Positions 9,028 through 18,121 of a stretch of 64,000 nt of DNA are shown piece after piece. Each line of letters starts with the position of its first letter. Within the stretch, counting starts at the first letter, position 1. The translations under genes and the position numbers were made by a program. The stretch is from an uncultured Planctomycetales bacterium (GTDB lineage: Bacteria; Omnitrophota; Gorgyraeia; Gygaellales; Profunditerraquicolaceae), in the NCBI GenBank assembly GCA_964603585.1, contig CAZRVK010000001.1:69327-133326 (forward strand), in the 5' to 3' direction. The notes beneath the pieces were generated by a model. The model was not told the DNA's origin. It saw only the letters and a program-made list of their open reading frames with translations, and did no database searches.

Positions 9028-10141
9028 CTAAAGCATACCTGTCAGTCATCCCGGCGATATAATCACAAACTACCTTGTATTTACCGTCTTTGAAGATCCT
9101 TGCCTGTATCGGCATAGGCAATGCATCCGGCCTGGCGATATAGAACAGAAACAGCTCTTTAATAAAACGTTTCGCCTTAATACTCATGCGTACCACCCGG
9201 TAATGGTGATAAAGCTTATCCATTAAAAGCTCTCTTAAAGGCCTCCGTAACTCCATCATCCTGCGGCTAAAGGTCACAACCCGAGAAGAACGCTTTTTCA
9301 CATCCAAATGGGTATGGATACGCAAGGATTTGATCTTGCTTTCTGTTTCCTGAATTAGGTCGGTAACCTGCATATCGATCAGGGCCCGGATGATCAGGAA
9401 TTTAGAGAGATTTATCCCCATTTTCGGGTACCTCGTCAGGACTTTTTGTGACAATTCCTGCCAAAGAGCTATTTTCTCCAGATCTTTTTGCGTCAGCAAT
9501 CCGGAGGTCAAACCATCGTCTAAATCATGATTATCATAAGCAATTTCATCTGCGATATCGGCTATCTGTGCCTCTAACGTCGGAGACTCTTTAGGGCAAA
9601 GTTCCGGGATCTTCCCTGCTTTATCAAAGGCCGTCGCATGTTTTACAATACCTTCCCGCACCTCCCAGCTTAAATTCAGCCCGGAAAAACCAGGATACCT
9701 TTCTTCAAGGATATCAACCACCCTTAACCCATGGATATTATGGTTAAACCCGCCGAGTTTAGAGGTAAGGTCATTTAAGGCCTCTTCTCCGGCATGGCCG
9801 AATGGGGTATGCCCGAGGTCATGAGCCAAAGCGATCGCCTCGGTCAGATCGACATTGAGCCTTAAAGCATTGGCGATAGTTCGGGCGATTTGGGCGACTT
9901 CCAGGGTATGCGTCAGGCGAGTTCGGTAATAATCACCTTCATGATTGACAAAGACCTGTGTTTTATATTCCAGACGGCGGAAAGCCGCACTATGCACTAT
10001 CCGGTCACGGTCCCTTTGATAATGGGAGCGATACGGATGCGATTCTTCCGTATAATGCCGGCCACGGCTATTATAGCTTTTCATGGCATACGGCGCAAGT
10101 ATTTTATCTTCGAAATCCTTTATCAACCTTTGATTGAGCAT
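8987..10141 (-). CDS. dgt: dGTP triphosphohydrolase-like HD-domain protein
   Basis: RTRLTHTLEVAQIARTIA…AHDLGHTPFGHAGE (dGTPase HD motif); overlaps upstream and downstream genes. Confidence 0.75.
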   Translation of the reverse strand: MLNQRLIKDFEDKILAPYAMKSYNSRGRHYTEESHPYRSHYQRDRDRIVHSAAFRRLEYKTQVFVNHEGDYYRTRLTHTLEVAQIARTIANALRLNVDLTEAIALAHDLGHTPFGHAGEEALNDLTSKLGGFNHNIHGLRVVDILEERYPGFSGLNLSWEVREGIVKHATAFDKAGKIPELCPKESPTLEAQIADIADEIAYDNHDLDDGLTSGLLTQKDLEKIALWQELSQKVLTRYPKMGINLSKFLIIRALIDMQVTDLIQETESKIKSLRIHTHLDVKKRSSRVVTFSRRMMELRRPLRELLMDKLYHHYRVVRMSIKAKRFIKELFLFYIARPDALPMPIQARIFKDGKYKVVCDYIAGMTDRYALDEYKKLFDPYEKV

Positions 10142-10601
10142 CTCTTAATTGTTTATATAACTCCTCAAGCGATTGCGAGATCACCTTTGTTTTATTTACA
10201 ACCGGCATGAAATTCGTATCCCCGTTCCATCGCGGAACAATATGCACATGCAAATGCCCGATAATCCCTGCCCCGGAAACCCGGCCGATATTTATGCCCA
10301 GATTGTATCCCTCGGGCTTAAGGGTACGGTCCAGGATGGCCTTGGCCTTGTTTACCGCCTTGCACAGATCCAGAGCTTCTTCGTCCTTAAGACAGGAAAG
10401 ATCTTTTGCATGCCTTAAAGGCGCAACCAGCAAATGCCCATTATTGTAGGGAAAAATATTCAGCATGCACAGGCAATACCGGGTCCGGAAAACCACCTGA
10501 TCCTGCTGGTTTTTCTTATCACAGAATATACATTTATGCTTACGCCTTGCCGAAACAACGTAATTCTTGCGCCAGGGGGCCCAAAGTCTGTCCATATTCA
10601 A
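10104..10601 (-). CDS. HIT-family nucleotide hydrolase/transferase
   Basis: GHLHVHIVPR histidine-triad motif; N-terminal CxxC. Confidence 0.75.
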   Translation of the reverse strand: MNMDRLWAPWRKNYVVSARRKHKCIFCDKKNQQDQVVFRTRYCLCMLNIFPYNNGHLLVAPLRHAKDLSCLKDEEALDLCKAVNKAKAILDRTLKPEGYNLGINIGRVSGAGIIGHLHVHIVPRWNGDTNFMPVVNKTKVISQSLEELYKQLRDAQSKVDKGFRR

Positions 10602-11089
10602 ACCTTTATTATTTTCGCCGATATATTGTAACTGACTTCGATTATCCCATAGGAATTATACGGAGAGAATATATCGTCCGTCGGGCTTCCGGGATTAAAA
10701 TATAATACGCCGGACCTTTTCTCGTTCAACGGCAGATGGGAATGCCCGAAAACAATTACATCTACATTATCACTCTTGAACTTCGCGGCAACAAATTCGA
10801 TCAACCTGCTGGGATGGCCAAACCCATGGGCTACCCCGATCTTGAATTTACCCACGTTAATGATCTCTTTGTCCGGCAACTTCTCTTTTAGTTCATCGGA
10901 ATCCATATTCCCGGATACCGCATGAACATCCGGACACACCGTACGCAGCTGTTCGATAACCCTTAAATCCACAAGATCGCCGGCATGAATCACCATATCC
11001 ACTTTCTTGAACTCATCAAGGATCTTCTTTGGTATCGCCCTTGCCCGGTCGGGAATATGCGTATCTGCGATCACTCCGATTTTTATCAT
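10598..11089 (-). CDS. YfcE/MJ0936-family metallophosphoesterase
   Basis: GVIADTHIP…HAGDL…GHSHLP motifs. Confidence 0.75.
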   Translation of the reverse strand: MIKIGVIADTHIPDRARAIPKKILDEFKKVDMVIHAGDLVDLRVIEQLRTVCPDVHAVSGNMDSDELKEKLPDKEIINVGKFKIGVAHGFGHPSRLIEFVAAKFKSDNVDVIVFGHSHLPLNEKRSGVLYFNPGSPTDDIFSPYNSYGIIEVSYNISAKIIKV

Positions 11090-11100
11090 CTTATCATTTC

Positions 11101-12687
11101 TTAAACAATGACCCTGGGCTTAGAAAACAGGTCAAACATCTGATTGACATTATTTATATCCCACATCCAGATCTTCTCTTCTAATGCGCGCAAACGGGTA
11201 TTACTATCAATATCATTTAAAGTCACAATTATCTTGCGCTGGGTCTTATGACGGTAACGTTTGCATTCCTTGGAAAATTCGGCAACATCATCCTCGGTCA
11301 AATGGTTGTCTTTGAATGCCATGATCCAAAGGCTCTCAACCGAACGGCCGATCAAACCATTCTTCAAATTACCGTTATTGAATTCCAGGGGTTTTATCTC
11401 GCGAAAATGGTCAAGCCGCAGGCGTTTACGCTCAAACTGGACAGTATCATCGGCAAAAAGACGTAGTAATTCCGCGACCCTTTCTACGATCGGCTTACCT
11501 GCACTAACCAAGAACTCTGCCACCAGTCCTTCGATATATTCCCGGAAAAGGGTTTTCTGGTTTTTTGCGTCAAATGTCAGGGAATTGAATTTCCCCTGGT
11601 AAACAAACCTAAGCCAGAAACCAAAAACCCGGTCATTTATGCTCAAGAAATCACCGCTGCGGCTGATCACATCCAGTTCAAACAAAATATTGATCTGTCC
11701 GCTTAGATCCTTAACGGGTTTACGCAAAACATGGGCAATATCCTTGAGCCGGTTACGCCCGCTGGCAATTTGATACAACACCGCCAGATTCTGATGGTTA
11801 TTCCCGGAATCCATGAACTGTTTTAAGGAACTGGAGAACTTCTGGTTTAATATCCCGGAAGATTCAAAGAGCAGTTCCTGGAGGATATCGACCAGGCTGG
11901 TTTTAGACCTGGCCAGCCCAGAGCTGATCAGCGACAAATAAAACGGGAATCCTCCGGTAAAATGCACGATAAAGTTCTTCAGCCCAGACTCTAAATCAAG
12001 GCCTCCGGCATACTCATGCAGATACTCTTCACTCGAACGTATATCGAAAGGCTCGATCTCCAGCACCTCAAAATTCCCGAACAGAAGGGATAAATTCTTA
12101 GCTAATATCGCTTTAGACTTGAATTTCATCGAACTGATGATGATATACATAGTATTCTTATCCGCCATCAGCGATTTTGACCATTCGGCATATAGGTCCT
12201 TAATCCCGATCCCCTCAAGATTATGGAACTCATCGAATATAACAACTACAGACTTGCCGGTTTCCGCATGGATTATTTCACTTAAATGCAGGAGTTCAAC
12301 AAAACAATTGCTCTTTTTTCTTTTTTCCAGGGTATTTAAGATCGATCGTATCCGGGCAATTGTCTGTGGGATATACCGCTCGGATCTTTCCATCAGGAAA
12401 TTTATATCTTCTTTAAGGTCAATACCGCTGTTGGAAAGAAAATTATACAATAAAACGCCAATAAACCTTCTGGCAAATGCAGGCAGGGTTTCGGGGCGGG
12501 CTTCTAAATAGGCCAGGACGATCCGGCTGTCGTTTAAGCTATTTATCAGTTTATATACCAAAGACGTCTTACCAACCAGTTCATAGCCCAAGATCGCGAC
12601 ATTCTGCCGGTAACCATGGGTTAGATCGCTAACCCGTTTCTTTAAAAGGTCTAAATACTGCTTTCGGCCAAAGAACTTCTCATCCAT
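11101..12687 (-). CDS. ATP-binding protein, Arch_ATPase (PF01637-like) with DUF234-like C-terminal region
   Basis: Walker A GYELVGKTS; Walker B VVVIFDEFHNL; 528 aa. Confidence 0.6.
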   Translation of the reverse strand: MDEKFFGRKQYLDLLKKRVSDLTHGYRQNVAILGYELVGKTSLVYKLINSLNDSRIVLAYLEARPETLPAFARRFIGVLLYNFLSNSGIDLKEDINFLMERSERYIPQTIARIRSILNTLEKRKKSNCFVELLHLSEIIHAETGKSVVVIFDEFHNLEGIGIKDLYAEWSKSLMADKNTMYIIISSMKFKSKAILAKNLSLLFGNFEVLEIEPFDIRSSEEYLHEYAGGLDLESGLKNFIVHFTGGFPFYLSLISSGLARSKTSLVDILQELLFESSGILNQKFSSSLKQFMDSGNNHQNLAVLYQIASGRNRLKDIAHVLRKPVKDLSGQINILFELDVISRSGDFLSINDRVFGFWLRFVYQGKFNSLTFDAKNQKTLFREYIEGLVAEFLVSAGKPIVERVAELLRLFADDTVQFERKRLRLDHFREIKPLEFNNGNLKNGLIGRSVESLWIMAFKDNHLTEDDVAEFSKECKRYRHKTQRKIIVTLNDIDSNTRLRALEEKIWMWDINNVNQMFDLFSKPRVIV

Positions 12688-12760
12688 CAGCTAATGTCCT
12701 TAATCAAAATACCAGGAAACAAACGCATGCACATTATACCATTACAGGTTCATACGTTCA

Positions 12761-13480
12761 TCAATTTAAATAAAAATTCGGGTTCTGCGGAGTATGCCCT
12801 TTTCGTATTTGAAAATGCAAATAACTGTCTCTATCCCTGCTTGTTCCGTCTAACTTAGCGATCGAAGCACCCTGATGAACATCATCACCCGGTTTAACAA
12901 GAACTTCCTTATTCCGCGCATAAACAGTATAAAAACCATCCCGATGATCTATGATCAGGGTCTTTCCGTAACCACGGAACTGCGGGCTGTAAAAAACCAC
13001 TTTCCCTTTGCGAGAAGCCACTACATCGCTGTTTGAGTATACGGCAATATTAAGGCCTTTATTGACCATATTATTTACCGTCTGGCCAAAACCATTGACC
13101 ACCCTGCCGCGTACCGGCCAAATAAAATCCTCAAAACTGGCTTTTACCGCCGGGATTGCCAAAAGCGGTGCTTTCGGCTTTGGCACGAAAATAAGCTGTC
13201 CGGTATCGATATTGGTCACATCGGATATATGATTCAGTGCGATCAATTCGTCAAGATCAACATTATAGATCTTGGATATCTTCCAAAGTGTCTGGCCCTT
13301 TTCCATCCGGTGATATTTACCTTCCACCCCTTTAGGCGGCACAGGTACAGAGGGAGGCGAAACAGCCGGCGGCACAGTCGCACATCCACAAACCGATACA
13401 AAACAAAGAACAACCAATAACAACCTAATGCGTTTTATAATAAAAATCCAGGTCCCCTTCGCAAGTTTATCTATCCGCAT
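12761..13480 (-). CDS. LysM-domain M23 peptidoglycan DD-metalloendopeptidase (NlpD-like)
   Basis: Signal/TM, LysM (YHRMEKGQTLWKISKIYNVDLDELIALNHI), M23 core (GLNIAVYSNSDVVASRKGKVVF…GKTLIIDH). Confidence 0.8.
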   Translation of the reverse strand: MRIDKLAKGTWIFIIKRIRLLLVVLCFVSVCGCATVPPAVSPPSVPVPPKGVEGKYHRMEKGQTLWKISKIYNVDLDELIALNHISDVTNIDTGQLIFVPKPKAPLLAIPAVKASFEDFIWPVRGRVVNGFGQTVNNMVNKGLNIAVYSNSDVVASRKGKVVFYSPQFRGYGKTLIIDHRDGFYTVYARNKEVLVKPGDDVHQGASIAKLDGTSRDRDSYLHFQIRKGHTPQNPNFYLN

Positions 13481-13547
13481 TATCCCCTATCTAATATCAT
13501 CCTCTCGTACCTGGTTCCCCTTTGGCACATTGCTATTAACTTATTAA

Positions 13548-13618
13548 AGCGGGTGAGCGGAATCGAACCGCCATATTCAGCTTGGGAAGCTGATGTTCTA
13601 CCACTGAACTACACCCGC
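13548..13618 (-). tRNA. tRNA-Gly (anticodon CCC)
   Basis: Minus-strand GCGGGTGTAGTTCAGTGGTAGAACATCAGCTTCCCAAGCTGAATATGGCGGTTCGATTCCGCTCACCCGCT; 7-bp acceptor stem, D-arm AGTGGTA, anticodon loop TTCCCAA, T-loop GGTTCGATTCC; CCA not encoded. Confidence 0.85.
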
Positions 13619-13694
13619 ATTATCTACCACTGCCCCGCCCACTTTATCTCATCACGGGGTCCCGCCACCAACTTAATGTTACCTGGGCGGGAAA

Positions 13695-14978
13695 CTACAC
13701 CCGTATACACTTATCTATCAGTTTCATGGGGCAATACTTGCCGCACATCGTACAAACATCCAAGGAATCAGGTTGAGAAGAGAGTCTAAGCTTACGCGCC
13801 TTATCCGGATCGATCGATAATCTTATCTGTTTTTTCCAATCGCGTTTCTTGCGCGCTTCTGACATCGATTTATCCCAAAGGACAGCGGTTTTAATCCCTT
13901 TAACAATATCGGCAGCGTGCCCGGCAATCCGGGAAGCAATAACCCCTTCACGCACATCCTCTACAGATGGATGACGCAAATGTTCAGAAGGTGTCAAATA
14001 ACAAAGAAAATCCGCGCCAAAACTTGCCGCCAGAGCACCACCAATAGCCCCGGTAATATGATCATATCCTGACCCAATATCCGTCACCAGCGGCCCTAAA
14101 ACATAAAAAGGCGCTCCATGGCAAATTTGTTTTTCTAAAAGCATATTCTTCCGGATTTGATCCAACGGGACATGCCCAGGCCCTTCGATCATTACCTGCA
14201 CATTCCTCTTCCGGGCGCGTTCGGCAAGCTTACCTAAGATCTTTAATTCTGTGATCTGCGCATTATCAGTTGCATCAAGGATAGACCCCGGCCTTAACCC
14301 ATCGCCTAAACTCAAAGTAATATCATATTTAGAGGCAATATCCAGGACCTGGTCAAAATACTGGTAAAACGGGTTCTCTTTATGGTAAGTCTCGATCCAG
14401 CTGGCAATGATTGCCCCTCCGCGGGAAACCACGCCTAAAGTCCTTTTTGATCTTTTTAAAGCATCCACGCTTTGTTTGGTAACACCTGCATGTATGGTAA
14501 AAAAATCTACTCCGTCATTAGCTTGGAGCTCCAAAGTCTCTAAGATATCATCAATGCTGAACTTCAAAAGATTGCCTCTTTTCATCTGCGCGCCAACCGC
14601 TACTTCGTATATCGGCACTGTTCCTACAGGCACAGATGACTCACGGATCACGGCCTTACGTATTGCCCGTAAATCCCCACCCACGCTTAGATCCATTACC
14701 GCATCCGCGCCATATTTGATCGCGGCCTTTAACTTCGCCAGCTCATCATTAAGCCGGGATTTATCGGTAGAAGTCCCGATATTTGCATTGACCTTGGTTT
14801 TCAAGCCTTCTCCGATTGCCGAAGGCTTACGCAAGTGTCTCTTGATATTGTTGAGGATAACCACCCGGCCGGATGCAACCTGTTGTAAAATAAACCTGGC
14901 CGAAACCCCCTCTAAAGCTGCTATCCGGCGCATTAACGGAGTAATGCTATTTTTCTTTGCAAATTCCAGTTGTGTCAT
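13695..14978 (-). CDS. thiC: phosphomethylpyrimidine synthase (short anaerobe-type ThiC)
   Basis: Conserved ThiC core; C-terminal CTMCGKYCPMK Fe-S cysteine motif. Confidence 0.85.
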   Translation of the reverse strand: MTQLEFAKKNSITPLMRRIAALEGVSARFILQQVASGRVVILNNIKRHLRKPSAIGEGLKTKVNANIGTSTDKSRLNDELAKLKAAIKYGADAVMDLSVGGDLRAIRKAVIRESSVPVGTVPIYEVAVGAQMKRGNLLKFSIDDILETLELQANDGVDFFTIHAGVTKQSVDALKRSKRTLGVVSRGGAIIASWIETYHKENPFYQYFDQVLDIASKYDITLSLGDGLRPGSILDATDNAQITELKILGKLAERARKRNVQVMIEGPGHVPLDQIRKNMLLEKQICHGAPFYVLGPLVTDIGSGYDHITGAIGGALAASFGADFLCYLTPSEHLRHPSVEDVREGVIASRIAGHAADIVKGIKTAVLWDKSMSEARKKRDWKKQIRLSIDPDKARKLRLSSQPDSLDVCTMCGKYCPMKLIDKCIRV

Positions 14979-15616
14979 GAATTTTCAATTATCCTTTTCA
15001 GTTCTCTCACCTTATGGGAAATATTCTCGGCATGGCAAATATCACGGCACACCGCCGCACCCCATACGCCATACTCCAAAACTTTATGCAGATTAATTTC
15101 GTTTATTCCGCCGATCGCAAAAACCGGGATTTCAATCCTGTATTTCATCTCTTCAAGCAGGTCTAACCCGAAAGCCTTGTCAATATCCTTGGTCCGGGTA
15201 TGGAATACCGGGCCTACTCCGATATAATCCGCGCCGCGGCTTTGCGCGTCCAGGGCTTCTTTTAAATTACTGCAGGAGATGCCGATAATCTTATCCCTGC
15301 CTAAGACTTTGCGCGCCGACTCAATTGTTGCATCAGACTGCCCAAGATGGACCCCGTCACTATCCGTTATCCGGGCGGCATCCACAGAATCATTGATAAT
15401 GAACAAATTCCCGGTATCTTTGAATATCGGCCTAAGCCTTTGCGCGTCAGAAAGAAAATCTGCCGGCAGGGAATGTTTATCCCGGAACTGCACGATTAAA
15501 TCAGAAAAAACCTTTAGCTCTTCGGCTACGCGTATAATCCCGCGTTCGGAACAAACCGCTTTATCGATTATGGCATAAAGACGGTAATTTTTTAGCAATT
15601 CTTTTCTCAAGGGCAT
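14975..15616 (-). CDS. thiE: thiamine-phosphate synthase
   Basis: 213 aa; LYAIID…HLGQSD…IGISCS…IGVGPVFHTRTK…IPVFAIGGI pattern of ThiE; 4-nt overlap with thiC. Confidence 0.8.
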   Translation of the reverse strand: MPLRKELLKNYRLYAIIDKAVCSERGIIRVAEELKVFSDLIVQFRDKHSLPADFLSDAQRLRPIFKDTGNLFIINDSVDAARITDSDGVHLGQSDATIESARKVLGRDKIIGISCSNLKEALDAQSRGADYIGVGPVFHTRTKDIDKAFGLDLLEEMKYRIEIPVFAIGGINEINLHKVLEYGVWGAAVCRDICHAENISHKVRELKRIIENS

Positions 15617-16004
15617 AGGCCTTATACCTTAGTTTCTTGAATTCCAAAGCTGCCCCAAGGTTTTTGAGTTTCGAGAATTCCTCAAGCACCCTTAATGACT
15701 CCTTGACCCTCTGGATATTAGCAAAGAAAATATCGCGAAAATCAGATCTTTGAAACTCCGACCTTAGACTAACCCTGGCGCCTACATCAGTTAAGCTGTT
15801 CCGATGGTTTAAAAGTGTGCCACGGTCCGGAAGCTGTTTTACTGCGATATCGATACTATGCCGGATTTTTTTAAATTCAAGGGTCAAAGCCCGGTTTTCC
15901 AATATAAAACGGCTAACCTCTTCAGAGACCCTCAAACCTTCCTTTAGGCGGTTTATATTAGCGTCGAGGATCCTTTCAATAGCATCAGCTTTTATAGGTT
16001 TCAA
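15561..16004 (-). CDS. hypothetical protein with internal ~45-aa tandem duplication, heading the thi gene pair
   Basis: Two repeats ANINRLKEGLRVSEEVSRF…LEFKKIRH and ANIQRVKESLRVLEEFSKL…LEFKKLRY. Confidence 0.45.
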   Translation of the reverse strand: MKPIKADAIERILDANINRLKEGLRVSEEVSRFILENRALTLEFKKIRHSIDIAVKQLPDRGTLLNHRNSLTDVGARVSLRSEFQRSDFRDIFFANIQRVKESLRVLEEFSKLKNLGAALEFKKLRYKAYALEKRIAKKLPSLCHNR

Positions 16005-16494
16005 TGATTTTCCTGATTAAATTTGTAGTAGAACGCCCTTCGGCAAGCTTTATAGTCAAGACTTTACCGCCATGGCTTTTTACGATATCCGCTCCAACGA
16101 TATCCTGTTTGGCCCAATCCGCGCCTTTGATCAGAATATGCGGCTTTAAGGAAGATATAAGATCGAACGGTGTATCTTCATTAAAAATTACCACATAATC
16201 CACACAGGCTAAGGCAGCGACCACTTTTACCCGGTCGGATTGATTTACCAGTGGCCGGCTGTCCCCTTTGATCCGCTTAACCGAGGCATCGCTGTTTACC
16301 CCGACTACCAGGATATCACCTTTTGCTTTCGCACGCTCCAGATACATCACATGGCCGTAATGCACCAGGTCGAAACAGCCGTTAGTAAAAACTATCTTTC
16401 TGCCCTTTTTCTTAAGCAAAGAAATGGTCTTCTTTAACGCCGAAAGGCTCTTTACTTTTGTTCCTGACAAAGTGTTTGTTCTACCAGCTCGCAT
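15985..16494 (-). CDS. rfaE2: D-glycero-beta-D-manno-heptose 1-phosphate adenylyltransferase (HldE domain II / RfaE2)
   Basis: VFTNGCFDLVHYGHVMYLERAK cytidylyltransferase motif. Confidence 0.75.
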   Translation of the reverse strand: MRAGRTNTLSGTKVKSLSALKKTISLLKKKGRKIVFTNGCFDLVHYGHVMYLERAKAKGDILVVGVNSDASVKRIKGDSRPLVNQSDRVKVVAALACVDYVVIFNEDTPFDLISSLKPHILIKGADWAKQDIVGADIVKSHGGKVLTIKLAEGRSTTNLIRKIIETYKS

Positions 16495-17030
16495 ATAATA
16501 TGGCCCACAATGATGTGCGCTTCCTGTATCCTTGCCGTAACCGATGAATTTACGATAAAAGAAACATCGGCAAGTTTGGCGATCTCTCCGCCGTCTCCGC
16601 CGGTAAAGGCGATGGTCTTTAATCCATTTTTCTTCGCCTGCTTTATCCCTAAAGCGACATTTTTGGCCTTACCGCTGGTAGAGATGCCTATTGCTATATC
16701 ATTCTTCTGCCCTAACGCCTCTACCTGCTTGGCAAATACCACATCGTATCCGTAATCATTGGCCAAAGAAGTTAAAACCGAGGTGTTGGTAGTAAGCGAT
16801 ATTGCCGCCAGCGCCGTACGGTCTTTTTTAAATCTGCCGATAAACTCCGCCGCGATATGCTGTGCATCCGCGGCCGAGCCTCCGTTACCGAAAAGGATTA
16901 CTTTACCGCCTTTTTTCAAAGCCTCGATCACCAGTTCAGAAAGGTCTTTTATTTGTCCGACGCTTGTCCTAAGCAATTCCTCCTTAACCTGAATACTCTC
17001 GAGCAATATATCCGTTATTCGCTCTCTCAT
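16452..17030 (-). CDS. gmhA: phosphoheptose isomerase (SIS domain)
   Basis: VILFGNGGSAADAQHIAAEFIGRF…GISTSGKAKNV. Confidence 0.8.
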   Translation of the reverse strand: MRERITDILLESIQVKEELLRTSVGQIKDLSELVIEALKKGGKVILFGNGGSAADAQHIAAEFIGRFKKDRTALAAISLTTNTSVLTSLANDYGYDVVFAKQVEALGQKNDIAIGISTSGKAKNVALGIKQAKKNGLKTIAFTGGDGGEIAKLADVSFIVNSSVTARIQEAHIIVGHIICELVEQTLCQEQK

Positions 17031-17052
17031 AGAAGCTCCTTATCTCTAATGA

Positions 17053-18084
17053 TTAACCAAAGAAAACTTTGGCAATATCATAAAGCTCCATATCAACGGT
17101 TTTAAGATCTTTTACTGCTTCAGATAACGGAACATCGATTATCTTCATTCCGGCCAGCGCAACCATCCGTCCAAACTTCTTATTCTTGATAAGCTCTACT
17201 GCCTTGACACCAAACCGCGTCCCCAGGACACGGTCAAAAGCCGTAGGCGATCCTCCGCGCTGAATATGGCCAAAAACGCTCACTCTTGTCTCAAAACCCG
17301 TTCTTTTTTCGATTTCTTCCGCCAGCAGCTCGCCGATCCCTCCAAGCCTGACATGGCCAAAAGAATCCAGTTTCTGTTCTTTAAGGACCATATCCTTTTT
17401 CCTGAACTGCGCGCCTTCGGCAACTACAACAATGCTGAAAGTCTTTCCCCGCGCATGCCTCTTACGGACGATACTACAAACCTCCTCGATATCAATCGGC
17501 ATTTCAGGAATGAGGATAACATCGGCTCCCCCGGCAATACCGGCCTCGATCGCGATCCATCCGGCATGCCTACCCATCACTTCGGCGACAATGATCCGGT
17601 GATGGCTTTCGGCAGTGGTATGCAGACGGTCAATACAATCAGTAGCAATATTTACCGCTGTATCGAACCCAAAAGTATAATCGGTAGCCGAAAGATCGTT
17701 ATCTATGGTCTTTGGCACACCGACAATGCTGGGGATACCGTTTTTCACCAGTTTCGCCGCGACCCCAAGTGTATCCTCGCCTCCGACCGCCACTAACGCG
17801 GTCAACCCAAAGCTCTTGAAATTCTCTTTGACCTTTTCCAGGTCGCCTTCTTTTTTATAAGGATTGGTCCGGCTTGTGCCTAAAATAGTGCCCCCTTTAG
17901 GCAATATCCCGGAAACCGTATCTATCGTCAAAGGCATTGCATTAGCCTCGATCATCCCTTTCCATCCATTTTTGATCCCGATCAACTCATATCCTTCAAG
18001 CAAACCTTTTCTTACTACTGCGCGGATGACCGGATTTAGCCCAGGGCAATCCCCGCCTCCAGTCAAAATACCGATTTTTTCCAT
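17053..18084 (-). CDS. pfkA: 6-phosphofructokinase
   Basis: ORF 17053-18144; likely start at internal MEKIGILTGGGDCPGLNPVIRAVV; GGEDTLG, MGRHAGWIA motifs. Confidence 0.85.
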   Translation of the reverse strand: MEKIGILTGGGDCPGLNPVIRAVVRKGLLEGYELIGIKNGWKGMIEANAMPLTIDTVSGILPKGGTILGTSRTNPYKKEGDLEKVKENFKSFGLTALVAVGGEDTLGVAAKLVKNGIPSIVGVPKTIDNDLSATDYTFGFDTAVNIATDCIDRLHTTAESHHRIIVAEVMGRHAGWIAIEAGIAGGADVILIPEMPIDIEEVCSIVRKRHARGKTFSIVVVAEGAQFRKKDMVLKEQKLDSFGHVRLGGIGELLAEEIEKRTGFETRVSVFGHIQRGGSPTAFDRVLGTRFGVKAVELIKNKKFGRMVALAGMKIIDVPLSEAVKDLKTVDMELYDIAKVFFG

Positions 18085-18121
18085 GAAACTCTCCTTTCGA
18101 AATGTTAAAAGTATATTTTCA

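Noticed and set aside
14407-15096. 229-aa plus-strand ORF antisense to thiC/thiE
   Set aside because: Embedded antisense ORF with no independent support; thiC and thiE on the minus strand are well supported.
15561-16600. TPP riboswitch upstream of the thi genes
   Set aside because: No intergenic leader exists (genes overlap) and I could not find the conserved CUGAGA / ACCUGAUCUGGAUAAUGCCAGCG elements on the minus strand by eye; left as a check rather than a call.
17266-17796. 176-aa plus-strand ORF antisense to pfk (similar antisense ORFs at 8164-8526, 9890-10210, 37428-37970, 42490-42906)
   Set aside because: All lie wholly within strongly supported minus-strand genes and have no recognisable domains; treated as chance open frames.
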